The notes under the pieces: model-generated
Database searches by the model: none
What the model was told of the DNA's origin: nothing
The model's input: the letters and a program-made list of their open reading frames with translations, nothing else
From: Macrostomum lignano
Lineage: Eukaryota
Direction: 5' to 3'
NCBI GenBank assembly: GCA_002269645.1
Contig: NIVC01004590.1
Location: forward strand, 1-41,160
DNA: 41,160 bases
Translations under genes and position numbers: made by a program
Shown: positions 1-11,874 of the stretch, piece by piece
Layout of the letters: every line of letters starts with the position of its first letter
Numbering within the stretch: the first letter of the stretch is position 1

Positions 1-110
1 AATAGAGTAGATTGGAGTAAATTAGAATAGCTTAGAGTAGATTAGAGTAGATTAGAGTAGATTAAAGTAGAGCAGAGTAGATTAGAGTGGAAAAGTGTAG
101 ATTAGAGCAC
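1..110. repeat. Degenerate 10-bp tandem repeat (TAGAGTAGAT)n, probably continuing from outside the window
   Basis: About 11 imperfect copies of tagagtagat visible from base 1. Confidence 0.8.
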
Positions 111-1046
111 TCTTAAATAATCAGTATCCAGAGGCAACTCACTCTCTAATCTGGCAGATTTCAAGAGAAAGCCCTTAAAGCAGCTGAGAACGCATGCAGT
201 ATAAATATAGACCAGCACCCATCGATTTTCTCAGTGGAGGAAGAAAATCGCGGGGGATGTGGATACAGAAACTCCTCCTTCACTTCTCTTGTCACGCCCC
301 GCTGCTCGTCGTTTGAAACTCTGAGAGAAACTTGAAGAAAACGACCAGCTCCCCAGTGACCACTGACCCATACATGACTGATCTGCCAGTCTGGTGGCGC
401 ATAACTGAGCCGGTTGGGTTGAGCTGCACTCTCTTTTAGGCTTTTTTTTCGCTGCCATTTTGGCAACTTTGTTTTAATTAACTTCATGGAGCCAGAGGGG
501 TCTTATGTGCCAGCGGTCCAGGCTCGATTCCAAGTGCAGTCGGATTATAACTTAGAACTAAATTGGAATCTCGGCTTGGCTCTGCTCGTGCAATTAACGC
601 CCTTGAAGGCCAACCCCCCCCCCCAAGGCACAGTGAAGTGTACATGCATAACGATAAATAAAGTTAGGGCTGCTGTACACTCCTGTGTGTGTGCCTGGTG
701 AGGTAAGTCGGCGGAATGGCAGTAATGCCTCTCGCCGGTTGTGCGACAATGTCGCTTAAAGTGCGCCAGGGTGAACAGTCTGTAATAAAAATAAAAACGT
801 CATGAAGCCGTAAAAAAATCTGAATTGTCGTTAACAGCATCTCTACTTGCTCTGGTGAAAAAGTACATCTTTAAGAATCTTCTCCAATTTCTAATTAGAT
901 TTGCTTGGCTTGTGCTAAATCTCAGATTTCAATTTACAAACGATGGGGAAATTGAACCTGATCAGTGTTTTCAATTAATCATTTTTTCTGAGCACTTGTG
1001 CAACAATATTCATATAGAATTACTGAGTCAAGTCTAACAAAATCTT

Positions 1047-1680
<634 letters not shown>

Positions 1681-2069
1681 CTATTCTCTTCTTGCCTCAG
1701 GGAAACCGCGCTCTCAGCTGCTTCGTGACTTTGATGCCTTCCAGGACTTCTCTCTGAAGACGAATAATGCAATTTGGCTTCCTCTCAGGGCTCTAATTGA
1801 AATTCCCCTTTGGGGAATAAAAGCTGAGAATGTTACGCTGAGCAAAATTCTCTGATCGAAGTCTCTTTGCTTCTTTTTCCAAGTGATCTCTTCTGATCAT
1901 ATTTTCTCGGTGCCAACTTACTAAGATGCGATTTTTTCAATTCTTTTTTGGGGCTACAACTATGACTTCACACGGCTATCGCAGAGATCGCACTTTTGGT
2001 TTAAAGTTTTCATATAACATTTCCCATTGTGCGAAACTGGCCCTCCCCCTTTAGACTTAGGTTCAATTC

Positions 2070-3357
2070 CTACCAACCTACCAACCTCTACTCAACACTG
2101 ACAGCCTCACACCCAACACTACCAACCTCCCATTTAGCACTACCAACCTCCCATCCAACACTGCCAACCTCCCATCCAACACTACCAACCTCCCATCCAA
2201 CACTACCAACCTCCCATCCAACACTACCAACCTCCCATCCAACACTACCAACCTCCCATCCAACACTACCAACCTCCCATCCAACACTACCAACCTCCCA
2301 TCCAACACTGCCAACCTCCCATCCAACACTGCCAACCTCCCATCCAACACTACCAACCTCCCATCCAACACTACCAACCTCCCATCCAACACTACCAACC
2401 TCCCATCCAACACTACCAACCTCCCATCCAACACTACCAACCTCCCATCCAACACTACCAACCTCCCATCCAACACTACCAACCTCCCATCCAACACTGC
2501 CAACCTCCCATCCAACACTGCCAACCTCCCATCCAACACTACCAACCTCCCATCCAACACTACCAACCTCCCATCCAACACTGCCAACCTCCCATCCAAC
2601 ACTGCCAACCTCCCATCCAACACTGCCAACCTCCCATCCAACACTGCCAACCTCCCATCCAACACTGCCAACCTCCCATCCAACACTACCAACCTCCCAT
2701 CCAACACTACCAACCTCCCATCCAACACTGCCAACCTCCCATCCAACACTGCCAACCTCCCATCCAACACTGCCAACCTCCCATCCAACACTGCCAACCT
2801 CCCATCCAACACTGCCAACCTCCCATCCAACACTGCCAACCTCCCATCCAACACTACCAACCTCCCATCCAACACTGCCAACCTCCCATCCAACACTACC
2901 AACCTCCCATCCAACACTGCCAACCTCCCATCCAACACTACCAACCTCCCATCCAACACTGCCAACCTCCCATCCAACACTACCAACCTCCCATCCAACA
3001 CTACCAACCTCCCATCCAACACTACCAACCTCCCATCCAACACTGCCAACCTCCCATCCAACACTGCCAACCTCCCATCCAACACTGCCAACCCCATCCA
3101 ACACTACCAACCTCCCATCCAACACTACCAACCTCCCATCCAACACTGCCAACCTCCCACCCAACACTGCCAACCTCCCATCCAACAACCTCCCATGTAA
3201 CAACCTCATATCCAACAACCTCCCATCCAACAACCTCCTATCCAACAACCTCACATCCAACAACCTCCCATCCAACAACCTCCCATCCAACAAGTTCCCA
3301 TCTAACAACCAATCATCCAACAATCTCCCACCCAACACTACCAACCTCCCAACCAAC
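2070..3357. repeat. 21-bp minisatellite (CCAACCTCCCATCCAACACT[A/G])n, about 50 copies, grading into a 15-bp unit (AACAACCTCCCATCC) at its 3' end
   Basis: Directly visible. The array ends at the AG acceptor 3358-3359. Confidence 0.97.
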
Positions 3358-3359
3358 AG

Positions 3360-5167
3360 GCCATCGATGTGTGGATGTCCACCTGTCTCGTGTTTGTGTT
3401 CGGCGCCCTAATAGAATACGCCATCGCCAATGTTCTGGCCAGGCGTCACAGCTCTCTGGAGCGCTGGGAGAATCTGCGAAGCATCCTGGACTCCGGTCAG
3501 CAGGCACCAGACCACCAGACCGCATCGATGCAGTACCAGCAGCTGCAACAGACACGGCTGACAAGCGGCCGGCTTCACTCCGGTGGAAACGGAGAAGCCC
3601 AGGCTGCTCTGCTGAACCAGGTGCAGAGCTGCGGCCACAGCAAGGTGAGAAAGTTTCTGCGCAGAGTTTTGTTGGTACGTAATGTTACGCAAGTATTTTA
3701 CTACTAATTTACGCTGGTATGAAGAAAAGTCACTTTAGACTCTGAGCTTGGTTCCTTCTACTAATACCTCACACATTGTGATGTCACTGATGCGCACATT
3801 GTGATGTCACTGATGCGCACATTGTGATGTCACTGATGCACACATTGTGATGTCACTGATGCGCACATTGTGATGTCACTGATGCACACATTGTGATGGC
3901 ACTGATGCGCACATTGTGATGTCACTGATCCACACATTGTGACGCCACTGATGCACACATTGGAACAACTGGTCGCTTCCATCAGGTGAATAGTGCAGCT
4001 ATATTCTACCAGTAAAACAAATCTATGATCAGATAAGCACACAAGACTTAGTGACAGTTTATCTGTCAGAGGCCGAGTCTTGGATTTTCAATGAGAGTAT
4101 ACGCAGCACGTCAGATTGACAGCTGATAAAAAATGATTTCGCGAAAAAATTTTTGACATGCGAACAAATTTTCAAGCTGGCATCTTCCTCAGGTTTTGGA
4201 AATGGCATTTCATTTCGATTACTTTAGAGACAAGAGTGACTACTTATAAAGTTGGACTATTTCAGTAGCCAGAAAAGAGTTTTATCTATCTTTGCCAGAT
4301 GTGCAACCGACAGCTCAGCCGCAGCTATTGCGCGGCGCATCTGAAGGCTGCGTACGGCTGTTCAGTCCAAGGACTGGGGGTCGCCACACACACCCTCAAT
4401 TACACCAGCTAATGCTGGCACCCATTTTACAGCTAGGTGACCTGAAGCAATTTAGAGTTAAGTGTCTTGCTCAAGGACACAAATTGTTCCGAGTGGGTCG
4501 AGAATCGAACCCCGACCTTCAAGTCGCGAGTCCGACGCTCTAACCTCTAGGCCAAAACTATAACATAGTAACAGCTTCCAAAACCTACTTTGAGAGGCTG
4601 ATTGCCCCAAAAAAGCAAAGTGAAGAAAGTTCATGTTTCTAGGGAATAACTGAGAATTAGAATTAGAGCGTCATCCCCCCCAAAGGCATGGCGCCAGGGT
4701 GCCTGCAATCCCTCCTGCGAATACTGATTGTTTATACTGACACCTTCACAACAAACAACTCACAGCAGAGCCGGCCGGAGGACATTCCCCTGGCCTACAT
4801 GAATCGCGATCTGGAATCAACTAATCGCAACTCCAACTACGACGTCAATGACTCCGACAGGCTGCTCCAGCGCATCAACGCGCACTCCGGACCTGTCGCT
4901 GCTACTTCAGCGTCTTCGGCTGCTTTTTCTGCAACAATTGGGCTGCGGCAGAGACAAACGGCAGCAACGCAACAGCAGCAACAGCAGATTCGAGTTGAAC
5001 CGCAACGGCAGGCGCCGTCGCCATTTGGCAGTCAAGACGGCTACCTGGAAGAGGACAATGTCAGCAGTGCCGAAATGATTGACCGAATTTCCCGGGCCGC
5101 GTTCCCTTTGTCATTTGTGCTGTTCAATCTCGGATATTGGGTCTACTATATCTATATTGCTGAGTGA
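3360..5167 (+). CDS. Cys-loop ligand-gated ion channel subunit (GlyR/GluCl/GABA-type), last two exons: TM3, intracellular loop, TM4. Exons 3360-3644 and 4766(or 4769)-5167; 5' exons lie upstream of the window
   Basis: AIDVWMSTCLVFVFGALIEYAIAN is the TM3 signature of GlyR/GluCl-type subunits. IDRISRAAFPLSFVLFNLGYW is TM4. Splice sites cag|GCC, AAG|gtgaga and cacag|CAG are all phase 0. TGA at 5165-5167; AATAAA at 5277 and 5368. Confidence 0.93.
3772..3961. repeat. 23-bp minisatellite (CACATTGTGATGTCACTGATGC[G/A])n, about 8 copies, in the channel intron
   Basis: Directly visible; unit starts at 3772, 3795, 3818 and so on. Confidence 0.95.
4280..4556 (-). mobile_element. tRNA-derived CORE-SINE, apparently full length
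   Basis: On the minus strand: box A TGGCCTAGAGG, box B GGTTCGATTC, then CCTTGAGCAAGACACTTAAC...CTGTAAAATGGG (4421-4481), which resembles the MIR CORE domain, and a short AGAT tail. A second copy is at 9765. Confidence 0.85.
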
Positions 5168-5478
5168 ATTATTACTGCAGAACATTTATATGCTTCCTTA
5201 TTGACGTGAATTCATATTTCAAATCATCAGACTTTAAGGTAGTCAAAACGCTTCATTTTAAAAGTGTCGATTCGAAAATAAAACTGCACCGTCATTTAAA
5301 GGAGAACAAGGCGTTTAAATTCAATAATCAAATTTCATGTATAGAAACTTTATATTGTATTTACACTAATAAATCTTTGCGATAAACATCTGGCACCTTG
5401 TGTGACTTGTTGGCATTTTTTATAATTGCCACAGTTACAACAACTTGAGAATTAATTTTCTTAACTAGCTAACTTGCA

Positions 5479-6345
5479 TGTGATTCACTGAATCTGATTC
5501 ACTGACTCTGATTCACTGATTCTCTGATTCACTGATTCTCTGATTCACTGACTCTGATTCACTGATTCTCTGATTCTCTGACTCTCTGATTCTCTGACTC
5601 TCTGATTCACTCACTCTGATTCACTGACTCTCTGATTCACTGACTCTCTGATTCACTGACTCTCTGATTCACTCACTCTGATTCACTGACTCTCTGATTC
5701 ACTGACTCTCTGATTCACTGATTCTCTGATTCTCTGATTCACTGATTCTCTGATTCTCTGACTCTCTGATTCTCTGACTTTCTGATTCACTCACTCTGAT
5801 TCACTGACTCTCTGATTCACTGACTCTCTGATTCTCTGACTCTCTGATTCACTGACTCTCTGATTCTCTGACTCTCTGATTCACTCACTCTGATTTACTC
5901 ACTCTGATTCACTGACTCTCTGATTCACTGACTCTCTGATTCACTGACTCTCTGATTCACTGACTCTCTGATTCACTGACTCTCTGATTTACTGATTCTC
6001 TGATTCTCTGACTCTCTGATTCACTGACTCTCTGATTCACTGATTCTCTGATTCTCTGACTCTCTGATTCTCTGACTCTCTGATTCACTCACTCTGATTC
6101 ACTGACTCTCTGATTCACTGACTCTCTGATTCACTGATTCTCTGATTCTCTGACTCTCTGATTCTCTGACTCTCTGATTCACTCACTCTGATTCACTGAC
6201 TCTCTGATTCACTGACTCTCTGATTCACTGACTCTCTGATTCACTGACTCTCTGATTCACTGACTCTCTGATTCACTGACTCTCTGATTCACTGACTCTG
6301 ATTCACTGACTCTCTGATTAACTGTCTCTGAATCAGTGAATCACA
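5479..6345. repeat. Compound 14-16-bp minisatellite (CTCTGATTCACTGACT)n, closed by an inverted terminal copy
   Basis: Directly visible. TGTGATTCACTGA at 5479-5491 and TCAGTGAATCACA at 6333-6345. Confidence 0.95.
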
Positions 6346-6976
6346 ATCACATATTCTCTGAATCACTGCTAGGGACTTTCCCGTAATATGGACTGAACTA
6401 AATGAGATATTGCACTAATATGCAGATCCATGATGCGGTGCCCTTGTGCAGGACTGAGAGGAGATTGGACAAAGATAGATTACATCGAGACAAAATGTAA
6501 ATAAAAGACGTTTGACATCGATGAAATTGATTGTGTGGAGTTTTAACTGATTAGAGTTGACCGAATGGCACAGCGAGTGGAGCAAAGTTTAATCTCTTGT
6601 TTTAACCTACTGAGCTGCGTGGGCGGCATATATGCAGATAACAGCAAGCTGAGATATGAAGTTCGACAGTCTCCTATTATTAAACAAAATGACCTGATAA
6701 GAGTGGCGACTAAGTCTCGCATCACTGTAAATAAGATATTGGGCAACAATCCAGGTCACACTATCGGGGGAGCATTATGTAATCAATAAAGTCTCTCATA
6801 AACACGAGCCTGAGCAAGAATTCAGGTGAGCTTATCTTATCGGAATCAGTGAAATCGAGTATTTAAATGCTGCAAATTTCGGTCAGTGAAAAGCCAATAA
6901 TTCGGAAATAATCTGCTACTAGAAGGTAACGTTTCTTTACCTGTTATTTCATTGAGCAACTGACGCCAAATTCGAC

Positions 6977-9900
6977 ATGAAACTGCTTCTATTGCTGCTT
7001 CTGCCAGCCTGCGCCATGAGCATGGGCCTGATGTTCGCCATGAACCCGGCCACTGGCGATGAGCCGGGCTGCTGCGCGCCCGACCAATGGGAGGCTCAAC
7101 TGAGCTACAATTTCGGCGGAGCTTCCGTGCCCTACTCTACAGTGAGTAGCATGCCACATCTAGCACTCAACTTTATCGCCACATCTAGCACACAGCTTTA
7201 TCGCCACATCTAGCACTCAACTTTATCGCCACATCTAGCACACAGCTTTATCGCCACATCTAGCACTCAACTTTATCGCCACATCTAGCACACAGCTTTA
7301 TCGCCACATCTAGCACACAACTTTAGCGCCACATCTAGCACACAACTTTATCGCCACATCTAGCACACAACTTTAGCGCCACATCTAGCACACAACTTTA
7401 GCGCCACATCTAACACACAACTTTAGCGCCACATCTAGCACACAACTTTATCGCCACATCTAGCACACAACTTTAGCGCCATATCTAGCACACAACTTTA
7501 GCGCCACATCTAACACACAACTTTATCGCCACATCTAGCACACAACTTTATCGCCACATCTAGCACACAACTTTAGCGCCACATCTAGCACACAACTTTA
7601 TCGCCACATCTAGCACACAGCTTTATCGTCACATCTAGCACACAACTTTAGCGCCACATCTATAGAACACAACTTTAGCGCCACATCTAGCACACAACTT
7701 TATCGCCACATCTAGCACACAGCTTTATCGCCACATCTAGCACACAACTTTAGCGCCACATCTCGCACACAACTTTAACGCCACATCTATAGAACACAAC
7801 TTTAGCGCCACATCTAGCACACAACTTAGCTGCCGCTAGCACTTAAATCCGCGCCAGAATGAGCACTTAATTGTTATTTAAAACGGTCCAACCAGCTCTC
7901 GAATCGCACCTACTCACAGGGCTCTGGATTTGTGGCCTACGACTATGCCAACCAGGTCATGGTCCACAACAATAGGTTCATTTCATCAGACGGAAAGGTG
8001 TTCACTTATCAGTTCCTGATGATTGGAAAAACTCGGAAGTTCTACTCAGTCAATAGTGCCAACGGACAGTGCATGGTGTCGGACATGCCAGATGGAGTGC
8101 CGAAGCTGTGCGTGCCTTGTGAGTAACAGCCTAAATGGGAGCTCCTCTTGTACGCTGGTTGGATTCCATGATCGGTCACTCAAATTTAAGTCTCGTGTGC
8201 AGTACATGTAGTTGACTAGGGATTATATTTATAAATATTTAGAAACAATATGCATGTACATGTATTCCAAACCGCAGCCTCCCTTAAAGCAGCCGGAAGC
8301 GCCATCCTCGGTGACCCTTCCGCCGGGCACGTTCGCTGTCGAGTGTTCCAAGGACCAACACCTGATGGCAATATAACTCTGATCATGTCTCAGGAACGCT
8401 GCCTGCCAATGGTTCAGATGGTTTTGCAGGAGGGTGAGTTGCTCTGTACTTATCATCGCAGCTGGGAGTTTGAGGACCCGAGGCGTGAGCAACAGGTCAT
8501 CTGAAGGAACTGGTATATTGCTGCCAAATTTCTTAGTTTCAAATATTATCGGCTTTCAAATGCATTTTCAAGATATATTAGTACGGGAGTACGACGTTTG
8601 CTTGCGGGAAGTTTGCTTGCCGAACTTTGCTTGCAGGAATTTTGCTTGCCGAACTTTGCTTGCCGAGCTTTGCTTGCGGAATTTTGCTTGCGGAATTTTG
8701 CCTGCCGAACTTTGCTTGCGGAATTTTGCTTGCTGAAGTTTGCTTGCCGAACTCTGCTTTCCGAACTTTGCTTGCAGGAAATTTGCTTGCAGGAACTTTG
8801 CCTGCCGAAGTTTGCTTGCCGAGCTTTGCTTGCGAAATTTTGATGTCTGCTTTCTAGTAATTTGCAATCACACAATCGCAAGGTTTTAACTTGCAGAATT
8901 ATTTTCTTGTTTGCTTGCTTGTTTTGATTGCTTGTTAAAGTTGGTCATTCAATTATTACTTACTACAGATGCTTTGCAAGTGGATTCTTATCAGGGTCGA
9001 CGTAAACTGACTTGACACTGAGCTTTCAAACTGGGCTTATAGAGTTTCATTCTAAGAATTTAGTATATAGAATGCTTAGAGATTTAGTATAGATTTAGGA
9101 TCGGTGACAGTATAAATCATTGTAGTTCCTGATTTCAGCACGATTGAGCAGGTATGATAATTGCAGTGATGCTAATGTATAATAATGCATATACAAATAA
9201 TATTTTAGTATATAAAATGTAATTAATAATCCGCCATATCCTCATACAAAATCATAACACTATAGGCGACTTCCACGAATCTTAGAAAATGAAAATTAGA
9301 AATACAAGAGCTCAAAAATAGGTTTCTTTAAGGTTTCCCGCAAAACTTTGGCTGGCAAACCTCGCAAGAAAATTTCCTGCAAGCAAAGTTCGGCAAGCAA
9401 ATTTCCTGCAAGCTAAATTCGGCAAGCAAAGTTCGGCAAGCAAAGTTCGGCAAGCTTATGTGCAGCAAGCAAATTTCCTGCAAGCAAAGTTCGGCAAGCA
9501 AAGCTCGGCAAGCAGATTTCGGCAAGCAAAATTCCGCAAGCAAAGTTCGGCAAGCAGACTTCGGCAAGCAAAATTCCGCAAGCAAAGTTCGGCAAGCAGA
9601 CTTCGGCAAGCAAAATTCCGCAAGCAAAATTCGGCAAGCAGACTTCGGCAAGCAAATTTCCGCAAGCAAAAGTCCCGCAAGCAAACTTCGGCAAGCAAAC
9701 TTCTCGCAAGCAAATTTCATAGACCCATTAGTACATCAATGACACTTTTGTTGCAGCTAGAGGTTGTGGCCTAGTGGTTTAGAGCTTTGGGCTCGCGAGT
9801 GAAAGATCGGAGGTTCGATTCTTGATGACCTCGAAACAATTCATGTTCTTAGGCCAGATGCTATTTCTGTATTGCTTCAGTTAAACCAGCACTAGCTGCG

Positions 9901-10258
9901 GCTCAGTTGTCAGTTGCACATCTGCCCATTGGGTCACCACCAGCTATTCCTTCACTATAAATTCCTATTTTGCGCTGGCAATGAGCCAATAAATATGAGA
10001 TGGCTCACCTGACCAATCATTAACAAACTCTCCTCCTGCTTTCAACATCCCCAAGACAACACGCTGGCAATCCAGAGCTTCTTCAACCTGACCAACGGCA
10101 TCGCCGATCGCAGCGTGTTCGACATCCCGCCCGCTTGCCGGGACCTCCAGCAGGACAGCACGGCTGACCAACAGCTGCTGAGGTCAGCCAGGAGTGCCTC
10201 CTCGATGGGATGGAATGGGATCGAACTCTCGCTGTTTCCTTGGTTGGAAACCCCGTGA
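6977..10258 (+). CDS. EPDR: Ependymin-related secreted/lysosomal protein, 240 aa. Exons 6977-7141, 7920-8118, 8278-8433, 10056-10258
   Basis: Signal peptide MKLLLLLLLP; CCAPDQWEA; AYDYANQ; C-terminal FFNLTNGIADRSVFDIPPAC, the ependymin family motif. All GT-AG junctions are phase-compatible (0,1,1). Spliced length 723 nt ending in TGA. Confidence 0.9.
7152..7828. repeat. 27-bp minisatellite (GCCACATCTAGCACACAACTTTA[T/G]C)n, about 25 copies, filling EPDR intron 1
   Basis: Directly visible; starts 10 nt after the GT donor at 7142. Confidence 0.97.
8585..9726. mobile_element. Non-autonomous foldback-type DNA transposon with modular inverted arms, GGG...CCC termini and 8-bp TSD ATTAGTAC
   Basis: Left arm of TTTGCTTGC(C)GAA modules at about 8597-8842 is the reverse complement of the right arm of GCAAGCAAA modules at about 9340-9716. 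ATTAGTAC occurs at 8577-8584 and 9727-9734. Confidence 0.88.
9765..9924 (+). mobile_element. Second, diverged and internally deleted copy of the tRNA-derived SINE
   Basis: Box A TGGCCTAGTGG at 9767-9777, box B GGTTCGATTC at 9812-9821. Shares ATTGCTTCAG and TAGCTGCGGCT.AG.TGTC.GTTGCACATCTG with the 4280-4556 copy. Confidence 0.8.
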
Positions 10259-11874
10259 GACTGCAGCATGAATTTAGCATGAACTATTAGCACTGTTTGA
10301 TTAACTGTTTACAATATTTGTCCTAATTCATTGCATCCGCAGATGCTTATTTACATGTATATCATTAGAATATAAAAAACTGCTAATAAAACAACTAACA
10401 CTAAGCAAAATTATATCAGTATGAGTTTCTGTTAAATTTCTTTTAAACATCGTATGACCTGCGGCACCTTAATACGGCTGGGCTGCGGTCCAGATTTGCC
10501 TTTCCGTCATCATGCATCTAAACTGTGTTTCATCCTCTAACCGCCGTCGGAGCATAGCCGGTGTCTTCTTAACGGATTTGACCGACTTTCATTCAGTGTG
10601 GCTCTGCTGCTGTCCTTGTTGGACTAGCAATCTTCGCCCCCACGTTCGGAAGAGAAAATTAAAAAAATTGAACAAACCACAGTAGCTTTAACCTGGTACA
10701 GTCACTTTTGTCTTCACTTCTTCAGAAAAAGTGATGTTTAAAGCAAAAACGCATTTGCCTCAATTACTTAATCGAGAGGTCTTTTTACAGTATTATAACA
10801 TGATTTAGAGTGCAAATAGGGGCGAAAATTTGAGTCTGACTTTAGGACTGGAACTTGATTTCATTTAGAGAGTACCGTATATATGGATCGTGTCTTCTCA
10901 AAAATCTTATACTTACTTTTGATGTGTGTTGTAAAAATAGGAAAAATAATCGGTGTTACTGTATTTTTTATTATGCTTACTGCTGATAAATCTGGGCCTA
11001 TCTTGACAATGGTTACCCTGAATGCTATATATCTACGTACGATAATAAACTAAATAATCGTTTAATATTTATCGCGGTTAATTTAACAAACCTATTACGC
11101 GCAATAGAAACGCTTTTCTTCCTTGGCCAGCAGTAAGCAAAGCAAATAAGTTATGTTTCTATGTAAAATTAAGCTTTTTTGATTGAATAAATTTTTATTA
11201 CACGTAAACTTGTAAATTTGAGTATTTATCTTTCAAAGAAACTTAGAAAAGGGCAAAACAAATGTTTCAAATACTATTTTCTTGTCGAACGGGACGTGTC
11301 GCCGTGTCACGACAACAGAAAAAAACAGACCATCTTTTTATGACAGCTTTCCCAAAAGGCCTTTTGATAATAGTATCAATATTTTAGCATCTATATAATA
11401 TAGTATAATAAATAATATCATCTTAGCCTTAGGCCCCTAGCCTTGCCCTTAGGTCAAATAGGCCTAATAATACACCAAGTCTTTGAAGCTATTTTCTTTT
11501 CTTAGTTTTTCTTGCAGTAGGCTAGGCCTTAAAATAAATAAGGGACTTAAAATTTTCTACTTTCTTATTTTTTGTAGGGCCTAATGCAAAACCTAAGTGT
11601 TAATTATTAGTATAATGCAACATGCAAAAGAATACATAAGTAAAAGTATATTTCCAACTTATATAGGCTATACAATACAACTACTAAAATAAGGTACCTA
11701 GTAAAATGCAGAATCTGCAGTGGAATCAGAATGGAACAGCACAATAAAATGCAGAATCTGTAGCAGAATGGTAAAATGTGGAATCAGTTGCAGAATTCAC
11801 TAACTTGAAGTAAAATTCAAAAAATAAGAATCAAACAATATAATATATATTATACATATATACAATATAGCTTC

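Noticed and set aside
161-1037. Short ORFs at the window start as upstream channel exons or LINE fragments
   Set aside because: No Cys-loop, TM1 or TM2 motifs in any frame, and the SDH/WVSGH-like words are too short to support a LINE call.
5479-7828. Regular arrays as CRISPR loci
   Set aside because: There are no unique spacers and no cas genes, and the context is a eukaryotic intron or intergenic region.
8434-9774. Many overlapping ORFs rich in FAC/LLAE/ASK
   Set aside because: They are translations of the foldback arm modules.
9765-9830. tRNA gene (also 4490-4556)
   Set aside because: Box A and B are present, but there is no complete acceptor stem and the sequence continues into a shared SINE body.
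10440-10660. Possible 3' fragment of an RTE-type LINE on the minus strand (EDTGY...MMTERQIW)
   Set aside because: Similarity is a few residues over broken frames and cannot be supported without a search.
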